NCBI GenBank assembly: GCA_039621445.1
Contig: CP154954.1
Coordinates: 12,890,716 to 12,954,715 of the forward strand
DNA length: 64,000 bases
Origin: Euglena gracilis
Taxonomy: Eukaryota
Direction: 5' to 3'
Shown here: one piece after another, positions 13,873 to 26,302 of the stretch
How the letters are laid out: each line of letters starts with the position of its first letter
Position numbering within the stretch: position 1 is the stretch's first letter
Notes under the pieces: generated by a model
What the model was told of the DNA's origin: nothing
Database searches by the model: none
What the model saw: only the letters and a program-made list of their open reading frames with translations
Made by a program: the position numbers and the translations under genes

Positions 13873-16800
13873 TTACAACAATCTTTTTCGAAAGGGAAAG
13901 AGAAAATTGTGTTTCTTTTTTTAGAACATTTCAAACAAAATGAGTTTTAATGACTAATTTAATATTTTCAAAATGGAATGAGTCACTACCCTAGTTTTTT
14001 TTGGACAACTTTTTTTTTCTTTCAGAACAACATTCCAGGATTCTGCCAGAATTCTGCAAGTTCACGACCTTGACCAGAATACAACTCCGGAGGTCAAAGT
14101 GGGGGACTGAATTCCCTTTTCTCTGCCACGGCCCACAGATTTTTTTGGGGCCTCAACTTCTCAAAACCTCAATTTCTGCCGTTTTGGAGGAAAAAAATTG
14201 TCAGAGTCAGAAGATTTGGAATTTTGGGCCATTTTTGGGATCAGATTTTGACCAACAATCCCTGGACTCATTAACTCCCCATTTAGTTCATTCACCGTTT
14301 CATTGACCGATCCCAACCATGGTGTAATCACTCTGGGGCATTGTTTTTCCTCCGTAGGGACAACCCGCCTAAGAGAAAAACCAGACGAAGATGACGGAAG
14401 TTCCCGCATCACTGTGGAGGCATTTGGAGTTTCAGAGACCTCCTCCATCAGAAAGGAGTATCCACATGTGCAGGGACACCAGGGATTTCAGGGACCTCCT
14501 TGATTCGTCATTTTATCAAAGGCGGGAATCCTCACTTCCCATTGCGGACTTTCCGGAGAGTGACGCCTGCATGTAAAAAGTCCTTATTTTTCGGTTGAAG
14601 AAGTGTATTGCGACAGGAATTTTTTTTTTAAGTTAGGGACCGTCCTTCTGATCGACAGAAGTGCTTTCTTTTGCATTTCCAACTCAGACGAAATATTTTT
14701 GATGTCAACTCAGGGAGTGGGGTCATATTCCCCCTCGAGTCAGCTCAGTCTTCCCGAGTTTCCAAGTACCCCTCGGGTTTCCAAGCTCCCCACGGCCAAG
14801 AGGATCTGTGAAAACGTACGAGGCGACAGCAAAACTTTGTTGTGTTTGACTTTGACCTAATAATGATGGTGAAACCGCGGCTCGTTTGTTTCGTCCCGTC
14901 CCCCACCGCCGCTGCCGGCCCACCCTGGCGGTCTCTTCCTTCCACTGTTGTGCCTCTGCCACTTGGCTGGGACGCTCCCCCCTCCGGTCTGCACCGCCAG
15001 CGCTGACGCACCGCCAGTGCGCCGGGCCTTCCACACACGCACTCAGCCGCTGCGAGTCGCACACTCTCGGGTGACAAAGAGACCTTTCCACCCCTGGACT
15101 GACCCCGTGTGGAAAGCCACGCAAGACAACCGTTCACAAGTCTCTCTCTTTTTGCTCTCTGTTCCTGCTCTTTTCCAGGAGCAGGCATGATTATTTTTAA
15201 TGCACCTTTTCCCCGAAATTTTAAAGCATTTTAAGGCCTTTTTAAGCCTTTTTAAGGCGCTATTTTGGTCCAAGGGCTGTTGACCCTTAAAAGCGAGTAA
15301 TCCGTCAGCGTCCAGCCGCCCTTCGGGCGGCGGGAAATAAATACATCTAAGGGATGGGGGTGGAGGGGGTCCAGGGCTGCAAAAAGCTGCGGGCCCCCCC
15401 AGGTGTCAAATTTTTTTTAGGCAATAATACTTAAAAACAGCTGAAAATTTAATGAAAACTTTTCGCATTGCCAGGAACAAAATTTAAAAATTGAAAAGCC
15501 AGAACACATAAAACAAGAAAACCCAAGCAAATATGATAAAACAAAAAAAATTGCTTTCTGAAGCACACAACAAGTCAGTGACTACACAGGGAGGAGAAAT
15601 CCCTATAAAGACAGGACAGCGGGGACAGAGGGGAGAGTAGAGTACAGTTTCCCGGGCAGGTCTGGGTCAGAAGGGAAAAGAGCTGACATTTTCGTCCCTG
15701 GGGGAAAGTGCCTCACCTTCCGAAACAGCAGGGGGAGACAGCAGACAGAGCATTGACGAAGGGAAGGCTGGGGGAAGAATATCAAGGGGCCAAGTTTGGA
15801 TGCTAAGAATTTTGTTGGGCCATGAGCAAAATAACCCAAACTGTTAAAAGGTCCAAGATAACAAGTAATGCCGAGGGTCCACTTTTGGGGCAAGCCTGCA
15901 TGCAACGAGGAGGGGGCGAAACGCCCGGGGAAGGGTGTTCAGGGAAGAGATACCCCCCAAACCAGCAAAGGAAACAATCCCCCTGCTCAAAACACGGCAA
16001 GGTTTTGGGTTTGTTCTTGACACGGGCAATCAATGACACAGTGTGTGAAATAAAAGGGGGCCAAGGTATGTCTGTCCCTTGGGAAACACCTGCTTCGATT
16101 GCTAAATCCCCCGAATAAGCAATTGGTCGCCTATATTTATGTTTCTGAAAAGGGGCTGAAGGTGATTTGAATTTGGGGGTGAATGTTTCTTTCAAGCTCT
16201 CCAATGCCATTTTCATGAATATTTTCTTCACAGCACCAGGCTCGGAATGTCTTTTGTTTGGGGTTTGCTTGCATTCAGGTGTCGGCCAAAATAGTCCAAA
16301 GGGCTGCTGAAATTTGGGGGTTACTCACAAAGGGGTTGCTAACATTGGGTGGTTTTTTCACGGTCCTTGCTATGGTGTTTCCAGTCTAATTCATCCCGTC
16401 AGGCTGGCCCTGTCCACCCCCAGGTCTCTCCCTCCTGGCCAGGCATTGTTATTTTTAAGGCGGCTAGAAAAACTTTAAAATCCCTTAAAATCCTTAAAAT
16501 GGACTGGCGGAATTTTCTCTGACCGATCAAGAATCAAAGATCAAAATCTCTCCAAAACAAGCCAACTTCCGGAAGAAAAAATGATGTCTGGCATTGCTGG
16601 AACATTATCTATCCAACCAGAACTCAAAAAAATGTGTTTTCCCCTAATTCAGTTGTTTCGTCATTAGTCTTGCTTTTTTGTGGTTAAACCCCCCCATGGG
16701 TTGCTGGCTTACAACAACTGGTATTTTCATCTGGGTGGCTCGTTTGCACCCTAAAGACCATTGGAATCTTAATAGCTGTCCTGAATTAGTTTGCCCCTTG

Positions 16801-17532
16801 GTCTGTTGTTGCCAACACGAACACAACGGGGGAGCATTCAACCCCATCCCAAACTTGGACGGCATTTGCAACGTTCCATCTGCCCCCACCCCCACCTTTT
16901 CCCAGGGAATCCCTCCTCTCAACAAAATGCTCTCCTCTCTGTCGCTGCCCTGCGGTTCCGATGTGCGGGTTGAGTGGACGGGCTCCAGAGCGGCTAAGGC
17001 GGCGTGCAGGCGATTGATTGCTGCGTTTAGCCGAAGGTTGGGGTGGTAACTACCTTCCCTGTATGGGTATGCTTTTTATGGTTGCATGGGATTGTATACA
17101 ATTTGGGGGGAAAATATGAAAAAGGAGTACGCGGGCTCGGTGACCTTATTTTTGCATAGGTCTCCCACACGCCGTCGTCAAGTGCTTCCAACATCGGCAC
17201 CTCACCGGTGTCAAGAAGATGTCACGAGGAAAATGCATCATGATGTAAAAAAAGCAGCGTTTTGGGACTTCGCCTACTTCCATTCTGACCAATTTCTTTC
17301 AGCAACCAAAAAAAAGGAAGTATGGCCAACGAAACTGAATTTATCTGAGTGTCATGCAGAGATAACATTTGTTTTGTGCTTTGAAGCAGGGGTTGTCTTT
17401 AAGCCGAACCAATTCGAATCTATTCGTGGGGGGTCCAGCATCCTTTCCACAGCCTTTCTACATTTGCCCCTCCCCGGCTGGGCAGCAGACCTCCCTTTTG
17501 TTTGGAGCTTTGGTTGTTATTTGATTGAGATA

Positions 17533-17767
17533 ATGCAATTTGCATGTGATTTGATGGTGCAATTTGCATGTGATTTGATGGTCCAATTTGCATGTGATTT
17601 GATGGTCCAATTTGCATGTGATTTGATGGTCCAATTTGCATGTGATTTGATGGTGCAATTTGCATGTGATTTGATGGTCCAATTTGCATGTGATTTGATG
17701 GTCCAATTTGCATGTGATTTGATGGTGCAATTTGCATGTAGTTTGATGGTGCAATTTGCGTGATTTG
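17533..17767 (+). repeat. 24-bp minisatellite, about 10 copies
   Basis: Unit CAATTTGCATGTGATTTGATGGT(G/C); explains the MVQFACDL ORF repeats. Confidence 0.97.
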
Positions 17768-19709
17768 TGAACCATGAAGGCAGTGCCGGAAGCCATTGTT
17801 GGTGGTAAAAGTGTTTAGTGGGAACGCAAGAGCTCCAAGATTTGGAATTGCGTGTGTTGCAGACATCAAGTTGCGAAGGATAGTGGGATAGTGCATTTTT
17901 TCAAATTGTGGAAATTTTTTTTGATGATTTTTTTTTGTTTGCATTTTTTCAAAACATTTTTTTTTTGGGCATTTTTTTGAGTGAAAGTTTTAAGTTGAAA
18001 TTTGATTTTTTTTGCATTTTTTTTTTTATTTTTGATGGGTGATGTGTTTTTTTTGAGGATGATTGATTTGATTTTTTTTTCATGTTTTTTTTTTTAATGG
18101 GGTTTTTTTTTTTTGAATTGAAGGATTTTGAAAGTTGATTTGTTTTTGAAATTTTTGGAAGTTGATTTTGATTGTGAACAGTTTATAATTTTTTTCAGTT
18201 TTTTTTTTTTTGCAAGTTATTGAAGTTTAGTTTTTTGAATTTGTTGCTGTTAGGAGGCACCATTGGGGGGGGACCAGCAGGGGGGAGATGCCAGGGGGCA
18301 GGGGGGGGGGGGGGGGGGGGGGTAACCAGTGGTGTGGTTTTGCAACAGTCGTGGAGTTTTACCATGCTTTTTGAATTTTCATTTTAACTTTTTTGATTTT
18401 TTTGATTTTTTTTTTTTTTTTTTGTTTGTTGTTTTTTGTTGTTGTTTTGTTTTTGTTGTTTTTGATGTGATTTTTGTTTGTTTTTTTGCAATTTTTTTTG
18501 AAATGTTTTTTTTTTGCCTGTTTTTGGTGGTTGCAGGTGTGGGGCAATGTGTGCGTGAGGTGCATTTTTGAAGCAGCGCGATGATGGTTTGGGTGTTTGG
18601 TGTTTTTTGAAATGTTGTGGATTGAATTCTTGGTGTTGTTTGTTTTTGATTTTGAATTTTGAAGAATGTTGTTTCTGGTGATGTATTGCTGTTTTTTGAA
18701 TTAAGTGAATGATTGGGACAGGAGTTTGCGAATTGAAAAAATATTGATGAATGCAATCGAGGAAGGAACGGGGTTTTTGATGAATGGGAAAGATTGAAAG
18801 TGCTTTTTGGACTTTTGTTTTCTGAATTTCTTTGCAAGGAATGATTGACGTTTGAAGGAACAGAATTTTTTTTTTTGAATTTTTTGATTGAATGAATTTT
18901 TGAATTGTTTTTGGTGGGCATGGATTTGTTTTTGCTTTTTGTTGCAATTTGTTGATGAAATTGTTTTGATGTGGGTGAAATTTGCATTTGATTGAATTTG
19001 TTTTTGTGTTTTTGATGATTTTGGTGTGTTTTGATGTTTTGATTTGTGAATTTGCATGGTCCAATTTATTGATTTTTGATGTTTTGTTGATGTTTTTTTT
19101 GTGAAAATTTGCATTTTTGTTGGTGAAAGCATTTTTGTGGGAACACGGAAGGTGTGATTGGAGTGGTGGAGCTCCAAGATTGGAATTGTGTGATGTGAAG
19201 GATAGTGAAGGAAATAGTGAAATTGTTTTCAAATGGATAATTCCTTGAAAGTTGGAAAAAAATGGCTCACCGTGGCAAAACGGCAAAGTGACTAAAACTG
19301 GGCTTGGGGATGAATTGGCTGTTGAAGAGAAGAAAGCTTTCGAAGGCAATGTAGCTGCTTAATTGAATGAAATGCATCTTCTTTGCTTTAAATATTTTTC
19401 CAGATATTCTCACATGAAAGATTACAGTTGAGATTGCTGCTATTGAAGCTCCAGAGGGGAGGGTCCTAATCAGCTGTTGGATTGAACCGGCTTGGCACCC
19501 GAAAGCGGCAAAAAAATGCCCAAACCCACCTGCCTTGGGTTTTTTTTTCAGCCATTTTATTTAGGTGAAAACCCCAAAAACTATCAAATTTTGGGAAATG
19601 GCCATTTTTGACCATTTTGGACCCCTTGTCATCAACCTTTTTTTCGGTCCAGGCTGGTTTCACTGTCCTGCTGAGATTTTATTGTCACTCACCGGCTGGC
19701 AGGTGTTAG

Positions 19710-20625
19710 TTGGCAATTTGTTCAACCCAAGACAACCGATCCCACAAGAATACCTCCCTCTTCGACCTGAAGAAGGACGAAGACGGTGGTGGATCGGGAG
19801 GAAACAAATTTATTGGATGGCAAAATTTTCGCCTAGGACCCCGTACAAAATTTCCTGAACTTAAACCGGTGGAGTCCGAAGCAGCGCCGTCTGCAACTGA
19901 ACAGGAACCCACAACAGTTGCGTCATCCACAACGACAACAGCCAAAAGAGCAGCGAAGTCTGCAACCAAACGTTCGGAAGAACGTTTGCTACAACCTCCA
20001 TCTACACCTACAATGCCTGCGGAACATACCCCCGTATATTCTTCAGACTCGTCGTCCGTTTCGTCCTCTGGGTCCTCCGGAGTGAGGAAATGGAAGAAGG
20101 GACAGACAATGAACACAGCACACGCTTCGTCTCCTCTGCCACCATAAGTTCCCCGTGGATTTCTGGGGCTTTGGAGTGCGCGGTCTGACGCATTCCAAAT
20201 AATAATCCAAAATGTGGCCGGATTCATCGTAAGGCCTTCCCCCTCAAGCATCCTCCCAGGAATCCGACACGTAGGGAGAGGCTGCTTGATGACCTGTGGA
20301 GACATCGAACCCAACCCCGGACCAGCGGACCACCACATGGTCGACCTGGCACACGGCGCAGCCCACTGAGACGCCGCAGCGGTCATCGACCCAGCAGGTC
20401 AAGAGGTCAACCTGCGTCTCATCCAGGATTCCATCATCGTCGGCCCTCCTCGATGCCCCATTTAGGACATTCTACAAGACCGCATTCATACAGTGCGCCA
20501 TGTAACCTGCCAAATGTCAGCAAGGGGTATCGGACACTCTGGCCGACTTGACCACACACTACGCCACAACCCCAAACGACTCCAACCTCTTTGCGATTCT
20601 CGCATTCCCCAAGCTGGTCCTAAGA
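19710..20625 (+). pseudogene. Decayed non-LTR retrotransposon ORF, CRE-like pre-RT region with 2A motif
   Basis: One frame with scattered stops gives ...GRGCLMTCGDIEPNPGP... then ILQDRIHTVRHV. Skipping one base at 20505 gives PAKCQQGVSDTLADLTTHYATTPNDSNLFAILAFPKLVLR. Cut by an insert at ~20626. Clade call is from motif recall. Confidence 0.65.
20298..20324 (+). other. 2A StopGo ribosomal-skipping motif GDIEPNPGP
   Basis: gga gac atc gaa ccc aac ccc gga cca is an exact D(V/I)ExNPGP, preceded by the typical LMTC context. Confidence 0.9.
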
Positions 20626-20760
20626 ACCCGGCGTCCCAAACGCCGGTTTTACCACAAAAAGGGGGGGCGGACGCCGGTTCAGGACAGAACCAGCGTCCGA
20701 CCCCCCTTTGTTTAAAGCGGCGTTTTAGAGACGCCGGTTCAGGACAGAACCGGCGTCCCC
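20626..20760. repeat. Short palindromic repeat insert
   Basis: Two copies of gacgccggttcaggacagaacc(a/g)gcgtcc (self-complementary arms) plus ccggcgtccc. Confidence 0.6.
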
Positions 20761-21049
20761 AACCTTTGGTCAAAAGGCACTCCCAGGACCAATCTCTGAC
20801 CACTGATCTGAAATATCACGCTATTTTGAATTTTGCCAAATTCCGACGATCGCGAGCGTATATCTGGCTGTGTCAATCGTCCAGGTACAAAGTCACACCT
20901 CAATTGAAAGCTCTTTTCATCAGACGACTGGCGATCACCACCAAATTCAGCCACGCCGCTACCCTCACCCCCCCCCCTATTTGGCTAATGGCCGGGCCAA
21001 TATTTTTTTGTTTGTTTTGCCAAAGTGCGGCATTATCGTCAACGGGCAT

Positions 21050-22770
21050 GTTTTCCTCTTGCGCGGTGTCAGACGTTGTATCGAGTTCTACCTCGAAGGG
21101 TAGATGTGACCCGGCTTTTCCCGGTCACATCAGTGTAAGTTGGCGCTGGTGTGGTAGCAGCTGAGGTCTTCGCCCGCTTTCCTGATTTGTTACCACTCCC
21201 AGGTGCAGGTGGTTTTGGCTCGTTGTGTCGTTCAGCAGGTTTGCATGGGTCTGCAGGCTGCGGTTTAGGCTTAGGTTTACTGCCTTTTTCTTTCCTTTTT
21301 CTTTCTGTGGCGGAAAGGGGCGCTCTGCAGGGGACTTTGAAGCGGGTTTTGTGTTGGTGTAGTGGTAGGTGGTACGTCAGGTGCCGTCGGTACCACCTGT
21401 TCAGGTGTGTGTGTGTACCACTACGGGTGTTGTGTCGTGTGGTGGCGTTGTTTCGACCGTAGTCGATTCGGTCGTTGTCACCACTTCGGGTGTTTGGACA
21501 GTGGTTTGTACAACAGGAGTAGAGCTGGCCGCGTCTGCTGCCAGTTCTGCAGTCGAAGCCGGAACTTCTTGTGTGGGTTGTTCGCCAAGTCCCGTGTCAC
21601 GGGGACTTCACGTTGAGGAGGAAGACCTCGATCTCACCATTGTGATTATCGAAGTAAGTCATTTCGGACGCCTCCTAGGATGCGTCCTGCTGCCTGCCCG
21701 ACTTCTGGTGGTATGAGTATGAAGTCGTCTGGGTCCGCTGTAAATGCTGAATGGAAATTCACGTTGTATTTGTTCAGTCTCGTCGCGTAGTGCGATTATA
21801 TCTTCATCAGTTGCTTCTCGTCCACTTTCCCCACGTGCGGAGGTGGGTGGAACCGTGTCTCTCAGAGGCGCTGCGGCCTTTTGTAGGGTTTGCAGGCACT
21901 TCGGCCATTGTAAGTTCTGTAGGAGCGTCAGGTTCCGCGTCTGGTAATGGTGTTTGTGGTCGTGCCTGAGCAGGCGTTGTAGCTGGCATTTCGGCCCTTA
22001 CAGCTTTTTGTGCGCTGTACTCTCCGCGTTCCAGACTCCGCAGACGCCCAAATGACGAATTTTTGTGGATATGTCAGGTCGATTCCGACCACTTGGAAAT
22101 GGGGGCCGTAGTGTTCGTTCAGAAAAATTTGGTAATTGTATCAAAACATTTCGTGTGGAAGTGGGAATACTTCCCATAGCATGCTTTGTGGTCCGATTTC
22201 TCGGATATCGTCGAACATTGTCTTCAGTGCGTCAAGGGTTGATTCCCATCCGTATTGTAGACATAGATTTGGATGTGGTAGGTAGTGTCCTTTGCTGGCT
22301 GGGATTGCAAATGAGCCGAAGTTCATGCAATGGAATCTGAGCCAGAAAAGGAATTGCCAGAATCCCGGCAATTTGTGAATGCCATCCTGGCTTTCGTAGC
22401 AGGAAATTGTACCGTCGAAAAAAAGCCTCGTGCTTTTTCCTTGTACAGTTTGACCATATGTCGGTGTATTTCTGGAGCAACCACACAGGGGTGTTGCTCT
22501 TCGTAGTATTTCTGCATGATTGTGTCACATCCGTCTGAAATCCAGAACAGATGGTCAATCATGAATTGTACGTCCAGGTCGTAACCGTCCCAAACGCACA
22601 AAGGGTGCAGCCCAACGAGAATGGGCGGAGGCCCAACAACAACGAAGACTCCTCGGACACATCTGCCACAATCCCCTCGAAGTTATGGAAATCGGATACG
22701 CCAGACAAAACCACCGACAAATGCTTCTGCACGTGCAGACATTCCAATGGAGAGCACGGGTATGCTATGC
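21050..22770 (-). pseudogene. Frameshifted ORF relic of unknown family
   Basis: Homopolymer-poor block. Overlapping minus-strand frames read as a globular segment (CVWDGYDLDVQFMIDHLFW; QYGWESTLDALKTMFDDIREIG), then T/P/E-rich and K/P-rich tracts. No family motif recognised. Confidence 0.35.
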
Positions 22771-23529
22771 ATTAGAAGTCTGAAAAACGGTGGTGGCTCG
22801 CTGGATCCCAGGGGGTGGGTCCAGCTTTAGAATTTCCCTGGGATGGGGTACAGGTGTACGATGTGGCTGAAGACATCAAAAATTCAAAGCAATTGAATTA
22901 TCGAATATTCAAGTATTGTGTGTAAAAAGTATGGCATATAAGTGTGACAAAAATTCCCAGAGCTCTGATGGCCAAAAAAGGGATGTGAATGTCACAAACA
23001 TCATTGTGTGTTTTTAAATCATGGTTGTTTTGTTTTGAAATACCCTCCTCAACCTCCGGCCAATTATGTGGCCATGGCTAGGGCACCAAATTGAAACCAG
23101 CTATTAGGAGCCGTGCAAGGGACCACATGTGCACAGTTGCCTGGGGCTGCTGAAGCTCTTACAATCCCATCACCGCCATTTGGCCATCCAAGTCGGCAGG
23201 GCTTTTGCAGATTGCTAAGGTGCATTTACTATCATTGGAACTCCAAGCCTCCAAGCCAACCTTTAAAGCAATTTTATGACTTCATAATTATTATTTTCCT
23301 GATAAGAAGTCCAATCCGTCTGTGACCTAATTTCCCCCTCATTTTTTGGATCTTTCATGCCATACAGGGCCCTTAGTTTCAAAGGTACCAACTCTCTCCT
23401 GTTTTTGTTTTCCCCAGTTTGTTTGATCCCGGTTTGTGTGACCGAGCACTTTTGCAACTTTTTGATCCACCTCCCTTTTGCGACGAAAAAACCGTTGAGC
23501 ACCTCCCCCGTTTTTTTGGGTGGTTTCTT

Positions 23530-23720
23530 CCCGCCCCCCCCCCTTCTTGTCGTACGACCACCCATCATTTACAACCACGCCCCGGTCACAGGTTGCAGAT
23601 TTAGAAAATTTTAACACCACTTTACCTGCGGCCACCCCCTCATTTACGACCGCCCCCCGGTCACCGGTTGCAGGTTACGGGGGTGTTACGACCCCCCCCC
23701 GGACAAGGGGGGGCGGGTAA
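23530..23720. mobile_element. Partial copy of the MITE family at 52905
   Basis: Shares gtcgtacgaccaccc and internal repeats cccggtcac(a/c)ggttgcag with 52905-53158. Confidence 0.6.
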
Positions 23721-24026
23721 TACCGTGCCTCGTTGTTTGTTGTTTTTTCTTTATCTTTTTTGCAGCATTTCGCCACGCAAAAATGGATTACAACAAAGTG
23801 CAAAACGTTCCATGAATTCCAATCAGTCAAAGCGCGTCCATTTTACTGTTCCAAAAAGTCAAGGGCTCTTCAAGGACAAAACGACATCCCCACCGACATC
23901 TCTTTTCATGTCCGTCAGCCCCGGGCTCCATTCCCTGCCTGATATTTTCCACTGCAGTGCAGGGTTCTTCTGTAATGTAGCAGAGTTTTTATGAGGATCT
24001 CCCTCTCTCTCTCCCCCTCTGTCTCG

Positions 24027-24058
24027 CTGTGTGTCTGTGTGTGTGTGTGTGTGTGTGC

Positions 24059-24113
<55 letters not shown>

Positions 24114-24169
24114 TGTGGTTGGGTGTGCGTGTGCGTGCGTGTGTGTGTGCGTGCGTGCGTGCATGCGTG

Positions 24170-24200
<31 letters not shown>

Positions 24201-24274
24201 CTCTGTGTGTGTGTGAGAGCGTGTGTGTGTGTGTGTGTGTGTGTGTGCGGGTGTGTGTGTCTGTGTGTGTGTGT

Positions 24275-24316
<42 letters not shown>
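24027..24316 (+). repeat. (GT)n imperfect microsatellite
   Basis: Direct reading; source of the HT/CV ORFs. Confidence 0.98.
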
Positions 24317-24317
<1 letters not shown>

Positions 24318-24510
24318 AACACCTGTATGTGGACAAGCATAAATCGTTTGGGCGTCCGAAGTCGGGGCAAAGGGGCTGTTATTCTGGTGTAACCCTGGCC
24401 TCGCCTTGCACATCCTGCTCCCTCGAGCCCCGCCAGCGGTCCATTCAGCAGGAACCCTACGCTCACCCCGGCCGTGACCGCGCCACCCGTGCCACTGCGG
24501 TGGTCGTGCC

Positions 24511-25114
24511 CAGGGTTTTTTTTTTTTAGTCGTGGACCCCTGGGGGGGAGGGGGGGGGTGGGCCCGGCCGAGCCGCCCCCCCCCCCAGGGGGTCCTCCCG
24601 GAGGGGGGTGGGACATAAACTCCTCCAATCAATAACCCCCCGTTTATTTTTTGGACACTCAAAGTTGGGGTCCAGGGGGGTTATTTTTTGGGGGGGTTTA
24701 TTATTTGGGCAAAATTTTCGAAGTCAAAAGTGGACCCAAACGTTTCACTTTTTTGGCTTTCTGGGGCTTTTTTTTAAATTATTGTTCTTTTTTGTCATTT
24801 TTTGTACTCCACTTTTATCCATTTTGTTGATTTTTGCAACATTTCTGCTATTTTTTACTCATTCTTTCCCTTTGCTTTCACACCTGCGGAGGGGGTTTAT
24901 TATTTGGGCGGCCGAAGGCGGTCCTCAGGTGGGGTTTATTATTTGGGGAGGGGTTACTTTTCGGCACCTTTGCGCCGAAAATTTTTGAAGAAGTTCTATT
25001 TTTGGCATTTTTCGCAATTTTTTGGTCAATTTTGTGGGTCCCTCCGGGACCCCCAGGGGGGGGGGGGTGGGTGGGGGAGATTTCCTCACCCCCCCGTTTT
25101 TTTAAAAACCCCTG
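24511..25114. mobile_element. hAT-like MITE with a probable nested insert (~24616-24957)
   Basis: Ends CAGGGTTTTT / AAAAACCCCTG. Perfect 8-bp TSD GTCGTGCC (24503-24510, 25115-25122). Clean empty site in copy B (ggtggtcgtgccgctccatcg, ~59437). Confidence 0.92.
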
Positions 25115-25885
25115 GTCGTGCCGCTCCATCGATTGCCACCGACTCCGCCTTATCATGAAAAACACACAATTGCCAGAGTTGTTGTCCAGCAAAAGAAGAG
25201 GAAGGGATTTATCAATGTTGAGAAATTGAAAGGACACACAAAATGACGTTTTTCCCTTGCTCTTCCAAGAGTATACCGTAATGTGTTTGGTCGGGGATTT
25301 GAATATAAATTTTCTAAAATGACATGCGTGATACAACAATTGGGTATTTACAATATTGTTTGTGATAGCATATGCCAATAGTTGGAGAGAAAATGTTAGA
25401 CAAGGACCAATTTTTTTTGAAAATCTCTCAATCAGGTCTTAGGCCTTGTTACGACAGTGTGTGTGCCAAACAGATGCGTGTGTATGCCAAATGTGTGTGC
25501 CAAACAATTGTGTGTGCCAAACAGATGCGATTGCCGAATTGCATGCCACGCCACAGATAGCCCCGCTTCTTGAGGAGCCCCCCCATTTCACAGCAGAACC
25601 CTCCGACGAGGGCTGCCCCACTGAATCGTGCGACAACCAAGTTTGCTTCTGCGACAATCACGTGGTGAATGGTGCAGTGTCCCCTGGGAGTGTCTCTCTC
25701 TCCCCCCCTCTCCTTTTTCCACAAAAAGTGAGGTTAAGCACAGGGAAGGTCCCTTGAGCTCGTCCCAGGAAGGCTCACAGGCTCTGGCTGTCTGGGTGCC
25801 CGTGGGACGAAGCCCCGGGACCTGTTCCACCCGTTGTGGGGTGGCCGCGGTTACCCACGTATCTCTCTCTTCTGTCTCTTCTATT

Positions 25886-25960
<75 letters not shown>

Positions 25961-25968
25961 CTTCTATC

Positions 25969-26035
<67 letters not shown>

Positions 26036-26043
26036 CTTCTATC

Positions 26044-26115
<72 letters not shown>

Positions 26116-26140
26116 CCTAGCTATCTATCTATCTATCTTT
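25886..26140 (+). repeat. (CTAT)n microsatellite
   Basis: Direct reading; source of the YLSI ORFs. Confidence 0.98.
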
Positions 26141-26302
26141 CTATCCTCTATCTCTGGATTTGGGCGCATTTTGGCGCCAGGCAGGCCCCTGGGCTGCCAA
26201 TTGAGTCTGGGGACCAACTGCCAAGTTTGCACGTTAATAGTTGCGGCAGGCCATGCACAAAACAGGCTAAAATCCTAAAAGCCTGAAGAGGGGGGGGGCA
26301 AG

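Noticed and set aside
17533-17767. CRISPR array
   Set aside because: Units are directly adjacent with no spacers; no cas genes; eukaryotic context.
18379-19349. Longest ORF in the track (321 aa) and overlapping K/N-rich ORFs
   Set aside because: By-product of the T-rich low-complexity segment.
23859-26286. HT-, CV- and YLSI-repeat ORFs
   Set aside because: Translations of (GT)n and (CTAT)n microsatellites and MITEs.
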